DNA of 62,933 nt, filler included, from Asterionella formosa (lineage: Eukaryota), in NCBI GenBank assembly GCA_002256025.1. It is 2 parts of 2 records of this genome, joined end to end, with 100 filler letters (N's around TTAATTAATTAA, not from the genome) between each part and the next. Parts side by side here need not be neighbours in the genome. Positions count along the whole stretch, not along the records: positions 1 to 31,427 come from NKIB01000678.1; positions 31,528 to 62,933 come from NKIB01000684.1. The stretch is one strand, 5' to 3'. A program made the translations under genes and the position numbers. A model generated the notes under the pieces. It made no database searches and had not been told where the DNA came from. It was given only the letters and a program-made list of their open reading frames with translations. Positions 26,650 through 38,699 of this stretch are shown piece after piece (position 1 is the first letter of the stretch; each line of letters opens with the position of its first letter).

Positions 26650-27885
26650 ATTGTGCGAACCACTAAGCTATTACCCAGTATCCCATTACAGCTAATAATT
26701 GATGTTAAGATGGATTTCACCCAAAAGGCCTGACTTGTGGTTGCTGGTGGACATATGACTGAGCCACCAACCGAAATGACATATTCCTCAGTTTTCTCCC
26801 AAGAAAGAAGTGTTCGAATAGCATTCCTCATGGCAGACCGAAATGGGCTCAGCATACATGCAGTGTGCAGACTACATCAGGAATGCTGCTGGCCCTAAAT
26901 TCGGGATTGATGAAGGGAAAAATTTATCATTGTTAGGGCCCATGGTTTGAAGATCTCTGGGGCTGCATGGTGCTCAAATTTTGCTCATGCCCTACAAGAC
27001 CTGAGTTTAACACCTACATATGCAGATCCAGATGTATGGATACATCCTGATGAAATATATGGAATCCAACAAGTCGAGGATATCTATTTTTAGTGATTAG
27101 AAACAAAGACATGTGACACTTATTGAAAAATTATTCGACATACTTACTTATTGTCAAATGAATATGCGATGCATACTTATTGACAAATGAAAATGCTTAC
27201 TAATAATTGTCAAAGCAAGCAAGAACATATTGACGAGATCAAGGAAAGTGTAAGATGTCTTGTTCAGGATAACATGAGTAATTAGGCAGGAGCAAGGCCA
27301 GATAGACTATTAACATATTGCTCAGAAATAAATGTAAGGTTTCAGCTTTAGTGATCTTAAACATGAGATCTGTGATATTCTCAAGGAATAAAGTTAGACA
27401 AGTTAACAGCGTCCAGCAACCAAGACAAAATGAGACCACTACTATGAATATTGCCAGGTATATGTTGATGACATTCTCTGCCTATCTGAAGACCCTACAA
27501 GTGCTCTCAAACAACTCGAACTAAATTCCTTTAACTATTGCTGTAAGGATGTGGGTCCACCGTCATACTACATAGGTGCAAAAATTGGAAGATTCATCAT
27601 TGAAGAAACTGGCAAACAAACATGGTACATGTTGGCAGAAAGTTAATTAGAAAAGCACTTCCTGTTATTGAAGATTGTTTTGGATCTCTCAAGACCATTT
27701 ATGGCCATTCACGCCTGGGCGCCCCTGCCACTCAAGAGTACCACCCAGGATTAGATGCTACAAAAGTCCTCTTCCAGGAAGACATTGAACTTTATCAAAC
27801 TTCCATTGGGATCATGCACTGGGCCATTGAGTTGGGGCAGATAGACCTTCCACAATGTGCAGTTACCATTCCAAGTGGGACATAA
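26650..27885 (+). pseudogene. Third Copia-type RT fragment, heavily decayed, with unrelated insert at ~27050-27440
   Basis: IDVKMDFTQKA*LVVAGGHMTEPP..TYSSV, SVRIAFL, AGPKFG, ADPDVW, YYEYCQVYVDDIL, GPPSYYIGAKI, YQTSIGIMHWAIELG. Confidence 0.85.
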
Positions 27886-28384
27886 TTCTTCAAAATGAAG
27901 GGCAACGACCTGAGGTCAGTTTTGCCTAATTCTAGAATTGCTAGAACTTGTATTATATACACCAATCCAATCAGAATGACTATAAACAGGAGGAGCTATA
28001 AGCAAGAGAATGATTGAAGCTTGTTGTGCTTCATGAGGGGAAGTGACCTAAAGTTTGGTAGCAACAATACATGAACAGAGGGTCTACCATGCAGACAATT
28101 TAGACATTTTTATGGCTACTACCAAAAGTACTTGGACTTGGCCACAAAGAATATCGAACAGGTTTATCTGTTCAGATTAGTCCAAAACCATATCCCGAAA
28201 AAGAAAAGGTGTAGATTGTAGACCTTTTTACAAACTCATGTAACCAATTTGTCACCTTTTTCCATCAGGCCTAATGAAAAAGCAACACAGTTTAGGAGGT
28301 TAGTACATAGGTGATAATTGCTTGGCATCTACTTGATTATTCATTCTGACAATGTAAGTCACAACAAAACAAATTGACATTGCT

Positions 28385-30520
28385 GTAGCCTACAGTGGAC
28401 ATGATGATGCACACCACAGTTTGGAAGAGGCCACAGGCACATTTGTATGTGACTTTTTAGCTACTACTACAACATACCTTTTCTTTGAGGTCTCTAGTCT
28501 CTGAAGTTTCCTGTTTGCAAGAAGGTAGATTTTGCAGCGAAATCCAAACGTGGGTGTTAGTCATGAAAGCATAACCAAGTTTACACCAATGTGAGAGCAA
28601 TGCTCCCCATGGTAAGATTTCATGATGATGCCCAACACATCAAGGAAGATGATGGACATACCTTTGGAGCCTTGGTACCCTTTGGAGCCTGTTGTTAAAG
28701 AATAAAAATGCTTTCGATTAGTCACAATAGAGTCGATTCACATTGCAGTACTAAATGGACCCGATCAATTGAAGAGCTTGAGATCAAAGAACTCAATGGG
28801 TTTTTTGGGTTAATCTGCAAATAACATCAAGCAAGGTACTTTCTCACTATAACTACATACCTTGGTCACAGGAACAACTGGAGCGGTTGGAGCCTTGGAA
28901 GCCTGAAGGAAAAGGATCAAATTGTGAAGTTAGTGAGTGAATATACAACAGTAGCCCACAGTGGACATGATGATGCAGACCACATTTTGGAAGAAGCATA
29001 CCTTGGGAGCCTGTTATAAAAGAATGAAAATGTTTTCGATTAGTCACAATAGAGTCAATTCACATTGCAGCATTACATGAACCCGATAATCAATGATTTT
29101 GACAACAAAGAACTCCAGGGTTTTCTTGGACAAATCTGCAAAATACCATCAAGCAAGGTGCTTTGTCACTTTAAGTACATACCTTGGTCACAGGAACAAC
29201 TGGAGCGGTTGGAGCCTTGGAAGCCTGAAGGTAAAGGATCAGATTGTGAAAGTCAGTGAGTGTACAACAGTCGCCCACAGTGGACGTGATGATGCACACC
29301 ACAGTTTGGAAGAGGCCACAGGCACATTTGTATGTGACTTTCTAGCTACTACTACAACATACCTTTTCTTTGAGGTCTCTAGTCTCTGAAGTTTCCTGTT
29401 TGCAAGAAGGTAGATTATGCAGCGAAATCCAAACGTGGGTGTTAGTCATGAAAGCATAACCAATTGACATTGCAGCACTAGTGCATGTGCAAGTTTACAC
29501 CAATTTGGGAGCAATGCTCCTCATGGTAAGATTTCATGATGATGCCAACACATCAAGGAAGATGATGGACATACCTTGGTACCCTTTGGAGCCTTGGTAC
29601 CCTTTGGAGCCTGTTGTTAAAGAATGAAAATGCTTTCGATTAGTCACAATAGAGTCGATTCACATTGCAGTACTAAATAGACCGGATTCATTGAAGAGCT
29701 TGAGATCAAAGAACTCAATGGGTCTTTTGGGTTAATCTGCAAATAACATCAAGCAAGGTACTTTCTCACTATAACTACATACCTTGGTCACAGGAACAAC
29801 TGGAGCGGTTGGAGCCTTGGAAGCCTGAAGGTAAAGGATCAAATTGTGAAGTTAGTGAGTGAATATACAACAGTAGCCCACAGTGGACATGATGATGCAG
29901 ACCACATTTTGGAAGAAGCATACCTTGGGAGCCTGTTATAAAAGAATGAAAATGTTTTCGATTAGTCACAATAGAGTCAATTCACATTGCAGCATTACAT
30001 GAACCCGATAATCAATGATTTTGACAACAAAGAACTCCAGGGTTTTCTTGGACAAATCTGCAAAATACCATCAAGCAAGGTGCTTTGTCACTTTAAGTAC
30101 ATACCTTGGTCACAGGAACAACTGGAGCGGTTGGAGCCTTGGAAGCCTGAAGGTAAAGGATCAGATTGTGAAAGTCAGTGAATGTACAACAGTCGCCCAC
30201 AGTGGACATGATGATGCACACCACAGTTTGAAAGAGGCATACCTTGGGAGCCTGTTATAAAAGAATGAAAATGCTTTAGATGAGTCACAATAGAGTCAAT
30301 CCACATTGCAGTATTGCATGAACCCGATTAATCGACGATCCTGAGAACAAAGAACTCCATGGTTTTCTTGGACAAGTCTGAAAATATCATCAAGCAAGGT
30401 GCCTTGTCACTATAAGTACATACCTTGGTTGCAGGAACAACTGGAGCTGTTGGAGCCTTGGAAGCCTGAAGGAAAAGGATCAAATTGTGAAAGTTAGTGA
30501 ATGTACAACAGTAGCCAGCT
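28385..30520. repeat. Tandem array of ~320-bp exon-intron units with a 922-bp higher-order duplication
   Basis: The 42-nt exon recurs at 28861, 29183, 29783, 30105 and 30424. 28861/29783, 29002/29924 and 29183/30105 are each offset by exactly 922 bp. Confidence 0.9.
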
Positions 30521-30824
30521 GCCGGTTTTGCTCTCTTAGTCACTACAACATACCTTGAGGACTCTTTTATGCTGTCAGGGTTCAGATGATGGAGAAGAAA
30601 GACAGATTCAAAATGTAAGTAAAATGTAAAACACAAAATCTTCGAAAGCAGCAGTTTTATGCTCCTCGACCGAGCTTCTCACTCTGCACCAGACATTGAT
30701 TCAACGCAGGCGGATGCAAACGCATGGATCATCCCTGTTTTTGGCGTACCTCTGAGGTCATGGTAGAGTCTGCCATGGTCGAGTAAACCGTAGCAAGTAA
30801 GAGAAGAGAACGAATGGCCTTCAT
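28478..30824 (-). CDS. Microexon gene encoding a secreted Lys/Pro/Ala/Thr-rich KxxK + RxL (silaffin-like) protein; 3' end not identified
   Basis: 14 exons, all CAG|exon|GT and all multiples of 3: 30824-30750, 30571-30554, 30465-30424, 30251-30243, 30146-30105, 29932-29924, 29824-29783, 29610-29575, 29395-29363, 29224-29183, 29010-29002, 28902-28861, 28688-28662, 28510-28478. The spliced product is 153 aa with no stop and starts with a signal peptide. Confidence 0.8.
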
Positions 30825-31427
30825 GTTGATGAGTGAGAAACCGGGTATATTGATGTTCAATTTTGAGTTTTATGAAACTCCTTGTGGTATGAAACGTTTG
30901 GAACCGATATACCGGTAGGCCAATAGTCTAATGAATTTTGCCCAAGTACCGGTACCGGTAATTATGTTCAAAGCAAGTCTTATGACTAATTCCCGAGTAC
31001 CAGTAATTTTGATCAAAGCAAAGAGACCATAATGTTTTCTTTGTTATCAACAAAACAACATCATGTGGTCGACATTGTTTAATTCTTGTTTAGTTATCTG
31101 ATATACCGGTAAATGAATCTTTTGCAGTCATACACAGCTGTACCTGGTACCAGGTACCCCGGTACCCTTTGCCAGTCATTATGTTCAGCCGGTGAGTTCA
31201 GGACCATGGTGGCTACTACCGGGGTACGGGAATACCGATTTGTGTGTTACAGATACCTTCATGCAATGTCAAGCAACTGTCTATGTTATATGGCGTTTTG
31301 GGGGGGTACCAGGTACAACCAAAAAACTGAGAGTCATCTTTATTTCACCCTATGTATGTTAGGACTCAAGTTATTTTACCGGAACTGGAAAATTAAAGCC
31401 CAGATCAATTTTGCTGTAGTCCTGTTC

Positions 31428-31527
31428 NNNNNNNNNNNNNNNNNNNNNNNNNNNNNNNNNNNNNNNNNNNNTTAATTAATTAANNNNNNNNNNNNNNNNN
31501 NNNNNNNNNNNNNNNNNNNNNNNNNNN
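31428..31527. other. Artificial contig/scaffold linker (N-run, TTAATTAATTAA, N-run)
   Basis: A six-frame-stop spacer embedded in Ns. Confidence 0.9.
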
Positions 31528-31871
31528 AGAACAACCTAAACTAGATTAGTAAACTCACAATAAGAATATAGAAACGGAAAGAGAAACGAACGTCTCTATC
31601 TATAGTCTTCTTTGTCTAACGATATAGATCTATACAAAAGGTAATACTTTAACAGCTTGACAGTGGTGAAAATATGGTATTGGGAAAGGCAAATATTCTA
31701 CCCAGTGGTAACAGGTACTGGGGGGTAGAATTTTTTTCACATTTTGGTAGAAAATTCTACCAACGGACCAATAGAACCCTGCAGTATGCTATGGTATTGT
31801 CCAAGAAATTCTACCACAAAACAACATGGTATGAAATGGGATTGAAGTAAAAAAATAAAAAAAATATCAAC

Positions 31872-33354
31872 ATGGCAACAATGTCAACAAGAAGAGTAAA
31901 TGAGCCTACACAATCCCCTGTTTACAAAAGTGTCCTTATTGCTATGATGTCATACAGAGATGCTGGCATAGAATATTCTAAAAGCTATGAGTTTAGTCCA
32001 GAGGAACTTGGGGAAGTTACACCTGGGATGTCTATAAATGGATGGCTATGAAAGCAGCGTATGGCAGTCCTGATCCAAACAATGATGACAATCCAAAACA
32101 TGGCCAGTCTTCTTCCCTGGAATACTACAAAAAGGCGTTGTCGTATTTTATGCCAAATTGACTCTCCACTTGGAAAGATATTATGCACAGTGGCAATCCA
32201 ACAAGGTCTGTGCCTGTCAATAACCTCATCAAGGCAGTAAAAAAGGAAGTCCGCAGACAAGGGAAACCATCACAAGTAAGGAGACCCCTAGAATCCCAAG
32301 AGTTCTCCAATACAATGCATATCCTTCATTCATTCAAGGACAGTATCCGTCAGTATCAGTTGCCTACACTGTGTGCCTTTCAATTCCACTTGGTTGGCCG
32401 AATTGATGATTGTGTCCAATTAACAAATATATACCTAACTGAAAATCTTCGATTTCCTTTCACTCTGATGGCCAAGCTGTGTTGGACAAAAAACGCTAAA
32501 GAAGAGAGGGAGGCACCAAACCAGGTACTCATCGCATCCATGTTGCAAGACTATTGCGTTCTCCTTACCTTGGCCGTTCATCTTGAGACAGAATTTATGG
32601 AACAACGCGCATTAGTACCCGAAAATCAATGAGTGTTTTCGCTACAAACCAACAATCGATCAAATGCTAAAAGAAAGGCCTATACAATTCTGCACAATGA
32701 TGTATGGGAAAGTAGTGAGTTCAAAAAATGAACAATGGTTTGATTGGCACACACAGCCTTCGGAAGTACACATCAACACATGGTGCACGTCCTCGAAATG
32801 GCTGCTCCCGGGATGATGTTGCCTTCCGTGGACGCTGGAAACGGCGCACAGAACAAGTTGACACTTACATTGATGTTGAGCTACCTTACCCAGACGCCAA
32901 GGTTGCGACAGCCCATTGTACTATTGGCGACCCATGCAAGTATGTTCTGAATGAAGAAAGCGGTGTGTCTGATGATTGGCTTCTGCAATATGTAGTGCCA
33001 AATATATGCGTGCAGTTTCCATGTAATGTGGCACTAACACTGGCACGTCCACTCCTTTGGGCGGTTTTTGAGCCAAGTCTACAGGGTTTCTTGCCAGGCA
33101 AGCTGACACAACGGATTCAGATGGCATACGCACCACTTGTACGTAATCTACCACCAGGTACAAATCCTGTGGGGAAACGGCTAATTGTTGTGAATGGTGC
33201 AGAGGCAGAACTCTACATTGACGAAATCTGGATCCAGATGATTTTTCGGACAATTTGGGTGAAAAAATCGCTGCAGTGTCAACAGGAGCGAGTAGCTGCA
33301 GCTTCAACAGTAAATATTGGAGGAGGAGGCGTACATCCACAACTACGAGTCTAA
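31872..33354 (+). pseudogene. Tyrosine-recombinase ORF of a Crypton-like DNA transposon, disrupted
   Basis: Catalytic set in the correct order: FQFHLVGRIDD (R), GTHSLRKY (HxxR), RGRWK, VDTYID (Y). SGNPTRSVPVNNLIK lies upstream. No RT nearby; stops and frameshifts present. Confidence 0.8.
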
Positions 33355-34175
33355 CTAGATTTATACGTTAACTATTAGGAACCTCTATATGCTTACATTC
33401 CATTCTCCTTTGATTTACAATTTACATTCTGACCTTATTTTGTTTTCGCATGCATAAACTGGTATATTGTGGCTATTTACATACAGGCGATATTTGACAT
33501 GTATTGCCAAGCCAAAAATGATCGAGACCCATACTTCAGTGCATGCTTTGTACATCATGCTAGTAAACTACTAGTGCACTAGCTTTCACTACGGCAAAAA
33601 ATGGTAGTATTGGGTGTAGAATTAATTGTCAATACTGGCACAGTATGAACGATGAGAGCAAAAATCGCTAAGAAGTGCAATCATTGTAATGATGTAAACT
33701 AAAAATACAACAAGTGTAATAATAAACAAGCAAGCAAGTGTTGACCACCAAAAGCTGAAGCATAGCTAGGTGTGGTAAAGTGTGCACAATAGTCTGTTAG
33801 TATATTTGTGAGTAATGCCGACGGTATTCTCTGTTGATATGGCGATTCCACTCTTGCTTGGTTTTGGCAGAGTGTGCTGGGGTAACTGGCACTTATTGCT
33901 GTTCAAATAACCCAGGGAGTGTTGCACCACTAGACTCCCTTCAGGTCTGGTGGGTAGCCTGTAAAGCATGATAGATTACAGAAGATCATGTGACATCCCC
34001 CCACTATCCTATACTGTTAAAGCGGGATGTATGATAAAACGATCTATACTCACAAGAAAATTTGACAGTAGTGTGGAATACCGGTAGACAAGAAACAAAC
34101 TGTGCTCTTTCACTACGATGCCGTGACAGTGGTCTACATGGCAAGGTTGACTTGAGTACGAGGCTATCAATAGTT

Positions 34176-34955
34176 TCATCGTTTCTGTACATTTACTTTT
34201 GCTTGGTTGGCGTTGTCATGTCGCTTCAGAACAGATTTACTCGGTGCCTTGTCCTCGGCTATGGCTTTGGTTGCGTTTTGCTTCCATTTCTGGATCGCGT
34301 CCGCCTGCTTGGCTGAAAAACACATGAGCTGCGCTTCTTCCGAATCTGTCACTATTGATCGTAAAAAATTCAAGGAGACTCCAGCTGTTCCACTTCCACA
34401 TCTCTTGAAGTACCCAGGCTTACCACCAGCTAAAGGTCCAGACTGCATTGCCAATTGTATCAACATGTAAACTGCTAACGACGTTTCTTTGGTAAGCGGA
34501 ACATTGGTATCCAATTCTGGGTAATGTGTGACAATCGCACGCCATTCTTTGACGGAATTCTGAACGGCATTCAATACATTGGCTTGCCAAATCACCGGAT
34601 CAGCAATCGCTGTTCCTGATAATTGAATCGATTCCTGCACGTTTCGAAGTCGCCTTTTTAGGTGTTTAATCTCGTTTTCGGCGGGAGACGCTTGTTGAGT
34701 TTCTGTTTCAATAATATCTAAATGCGGAAATTCCTCCTTTTGTTCGTCGCTCCCTTTCCCTACGACTTCCTCCAGAGTGACATGGGCAGAATTATCCGCA
34801 TTGCCATCGTTGTCGTATTTCGTGGTCCCCTTGACAGCTGTTCTGGTTCCTTTTCGCCTTCTCGCCTGGTACTTTGGTAATTTACTATCGTTGGCGCCTC
34901 CTCGACCCCGGAAAACTCGTCGGCTCTCATCGTAGGAGACTCTATTTGTCGACAT
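34176..34955 (-). CDS. Uncharacterised protein (start at MSTNRV; 3' end may be spliced)
   Basis: Intact 259-codon ORF with a globular-looking C-terminal part (LIQLAMQSGPLAGGKPGYFKRCG). The upstream ORF-track extension runs into the transposon TIR at 35034. Confidence 0.6.
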   Translation of the reverse strand: MSTNRVSYDESRRVFRGRGGANDSKLPKYQARRRKGTRTAVKGTTKYDNDGNADNSAHVTLEEVVGKGSDEQKEEFPHLDIIETETQQASPAENEIKHLKRRLRNVQESIQLSGTAIADPVIWQANVLNAVQNSVKEWRAIVTHYPELDTNVPLTKETSLAVYMLIQLAMQSGPLAGGKPGYFKRCGSGTAGVSLNFLRSIVTDSEEAQLMCFSAKQADAIQKWKQNATKAIAEDKAPSKSVLKRHDNANQAKVNVQKR

Positions 34956-35516
34956 GACTGAAGTGGCGAGATGATTTGGAAAGGACTGCACATAAAGTAA
35001 ATCGATTATTTGGTCGTACGGAGGACAATGATCTGTTACGTCATATCTGATGAAATCCAAATCAGCAGAATTTTATTAGCAAAACCTGCTGAATTGGCGC
35101 TATTTTTTCCGGGATCTTTCATTCATCAGATTTGAAGCGACAAGTCGCAGTATCTATATATGAGCGCTTGTTTTGTGAATACAGTCCACTGTCACGACCA
35201 TCTTTTTGGAGTCGTGGATAAAAATTTCAAGGCAATTTAACTTTAATTAAATGTTTTCTAAACTAAGAAAATTACCATCCAGACCCCTGGCATAGGGGTG
35301 GTTCCAATACGCCTACGGTAGGTACACTGGTAGTACTAGTTTGCATAATACCAATGGTAGCGTAAGGCAATACCAGGAGTACCTAGTACACACTGATTGC
35401 TCTGTTCACCACAGTTTCCTATACACTGCTATTTCACCAGATTTTAATAAGACAAAAAAATCGTAAGAAAAAGTATTTTTACCTCATAATGACTTATAAT
35501 TGTTTGTTGAATTTGT

Positions 35517-36710
35517 TCATACATTTCGCAGAACATTTGCAAGACACATTGCAACCATGCTTTGTCCACAAGCATTTCTGCATTCTTTCAGACACCTACA
35601 CCTTCGTTTTGACTTGCTATCTTGAGGATAACACAAAGCATGAGCTTGCTGCATACTCATTTTTCTATAATTTTCAAAAGCGAAAGTTCCATCAAGTATG
35701 GCTTGTCTCTTTTCATTCAAATATGGTGAAATGACTGCCTCATTTGGATGCACAATGGCTGTATCTTTCTTGAGGGATAAAGTATATCTTCTCATTTCTC
35801 CCTTTTCCAGAACATATAATGCCATGACCAGTTACTGCTTGTTGTATTCCTCGTCCAAGTTCATTTGTAGATAGGGTGAAGACAATGGCAGGAATTCCAT
35901 GTGGGTTGCTTACATCTCTGTAGTCCATTTTAAGTGTAACTATAGACCCAATAGTTGCCTTTTGCCTTGACTGCATATGTCTGCCTTTCATGTATTTGCT
36001 TTGATACTTCTGTCGTTGTGCTCTAACATATTGTGCATGTTTTTGTCTTGCATTGTTCTTTGATTTCGTGGGAGTTTCTTTAACTGCTCTTTCCATAGCA
36101 TGTCTTGCACATCTGTTCTCATTCCAACGACGTCATTTTCTTGCTACCATTTCATTTAGCATCAGTTCACCATCAAAATCCACTTGCTCAGTATTCACTT
36201 GCTGTGTCATTGAAACAGTATCATGTAGGTCACTTGGTAAGATCAATTCAGTATTGAATTGATTAATCATTTCCTTGAACATTGTTACAACAAAGGGGCG
36301 ATAGTTATGTGGAGATATAGCTGATATGTTTACAATTTCTGGTTCAAAACTCGAACCCCGGGACAAGGCAAGCAATCGGGCCACAATTGTACCCATCTTT
36401 TTGATGTACAATTATTGACTTTGAAATGATTCAGCTATCCTCATCAGTAACCAGCTCAAATTCTGTTTTACCATTGGAATGGAAAGTTGGCAAAGAGTTC
36501 CTTCCAATTAGTTTTGTCCGTTTCAGCATATTGGTGATCTGGTGAAACCAGTTGTTAAGACCTAGATTGAGGCCATCATAAATTGTTATGGCATTGGTGT
36601 CAAGGTTGCTCTCCATCGCTGCAAAGTGATGATTGCCATGAAAGACACTTACAACCCTTTTTACATTGACCTTCAATTTCTTGCACATTTGCGATTCTAC
36701 TTTTTCCATC
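35517..36710 (-). pseudogene. 3' half of Ginger-like ORF: Ulp1/C48-like protease fragment plus Cys-rich C-terminus
   Basis: VVSVFHGNHHFAAM...ITIYDGL; GSIVTLKMDYRD; CRC..EC..ACG and GCNVSCKCSAKC fragments. Confidence 0.7.
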
Positions 36711-38699
36711 CGTCTGCAAAAAAACCTATCATATTTCCATGATGCATCATAGGATAGTGATCATCTGATCATAATATTTTGTTATATCATCTAAAATTTT
36801 TGATAAATGCCTTTGTAATTTAAATAGTAACCCTTTTGACTACATATATTTAATTATTATATGTATTGTTTCTATTTGATTCCTGTATTCGAATTTCTTG
36901 GTAGGATAATGTACCAGTTCAAGTTATGTAATTTGGCTTGTCATTTCCATCTGTCATCACTCCGATTTTTGTAACAACAACGAAATACTAGCGATGACAA
37001 GCGGAATGAATGTTTGCGATATTGTCTTCAATTTGTTGGTCAAGTGATCATTATATCTTCGAGTAATCGTCATATGCAGTGAACCTTTGTTCATAATCAT
37101 TCAATTAAGAGTTTACAGGAGAGAAGAAATCATTCGATCTCGTAATGGTTCCGCACACAGCGCACAAAGTAAATCCGTTTTGTCGACTTCAGCATGACAA
37201 TTTCGCCAATCAACCCGAAAATAAACACATTCTACTTGTTCTCGTTGACATTTTCAATTCTCACATAATACTACATCTACTATTGAGATTCAGCATAGAA
37301 GGAGGTACGAAAATGTGCGTAACAGACTACTGTCCACATAGCTATAGTTATAGAATGATTCTGATTAGAACGCATTTCATTTTCATATCGCTCGCTCGTT
37401 TCTGCATTTGGCATATTGTACTTGAAATAACTATTGAATTTGTCCGCATCTTTGATACCATCAAGAGAGCGAAAGCAGGTGGCTCTTTTCATTGTTGTTT
37501 GCTCATGGGAAAAATTTGATATCTGTATCGCCATTTGCTTGTTGGAATTGTCCGTTGCCTCAAACCTGCTTGGCGAGTGCGTACACACACTGTCGACTTG
37601 TTTTCAATGGTATGTTGTTCTTGTATTCACTGTTGAACTTGTCCGCATCTTTGCTAACATCAATAGAGCGACAAGTGGGTTTCTTTGTTGTTGTTTGCTC
37701 CTGGAAAAGTCGGTGTCCGTGTCATCCTCATCAATAGCGAGACAAGTTCTTTCGCTGGAAAAATGGGTACTCGTGGTATCATTATTCGCTCGTTGGAACC
37801 ACTGTCCGTTGCCTCAAACCTGATTAGCGTGTGAGTATGTACACTGTCGACTTTTGTACATTACAGGCGGAGTGACTTGTAAGCTACTAAATTGCGTGAT
37901 ATAGTAATATACCCCGTAGCACGATGCATAATACAGTTGCTTCCCAATCATCTCATCATGATTGATAAGATGATAAGTGTGATATCATGATAGGGTTACA
38001 TCGATGCATACATCACCAAAGTATGTGATACCTAATAATGAATAAAGTACATCACATAGCTATGATGCATTGATCATAGAACTGTGATGATTTCTTAAAA
38101 TGTATATGATATAATTTTTATCAAAATATGATTATGTTAAAATAGTACAATGACAATAAAATACGATAAAATATGTACGCAAGTGTTACCATGACATCAT
38201 AGAAAATAAATCAAGCAATCATAAAGTATGTTAATTAATATATATGTTTGTCGTTTAATGTATACAGTTAAAGTCAACACTTAATATAATAGTATTATAC
38301 AGTGGATAGGATCTAAGTATACGGATGCGTTGATATGTACATCACTATAATATGATTTGTGATATGGATTGATGTATATTACATACCGGTATCCTCAACA
38401 ACCAGCCATCACATTCATTGGCGTGTCGTCTTTCGTTGTTTTTGCTATATATATGCAGGCATGTGTTTTGTGTAAACACTACGCTGGCGGAACATGCATA
38501 TTACACTGTGCTCTGTTCAACAATTACTACACTCGGCTACCATCACACCATTTCTACCTATACAAGCGCTGCAATAAGCTCCGCGAAAAGCTCCGCATTT
38601 CCCTTCCACTGTTTTACATCATTGTCTTCTGGCCCTTTGACAACTTTCCAAATGGCATTTCACGCATTTCATGGAAAGGACTGAAAACTGCTAGGGCAA

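Noticed and set aside
28853..30260. ORF-track peptides in the array (e.g. MQHYMNP..., MTNRKHF...)
   Set aside because: Antisense or intron read-through frames of the microexon gene.
28385..30520. CRISPR-like or non-coding satellite interpretation of the array
   Set aside because: The intervening sequences are themselves repeated, there are no cas genes, the context is eukaryotic, and the conserved cores are splice-bounded in-frame exons.
31472..31483. TTAATTAATTAA palindrome
   Set aside because: Synthetic linker between N-runs; not biological.
34956..35060. N-terminal extension of ORF 34176-35060
   Set aside because: It starts at a non-ATG codon inside the Ginger TIR; the ATG at 34955 is preferred.
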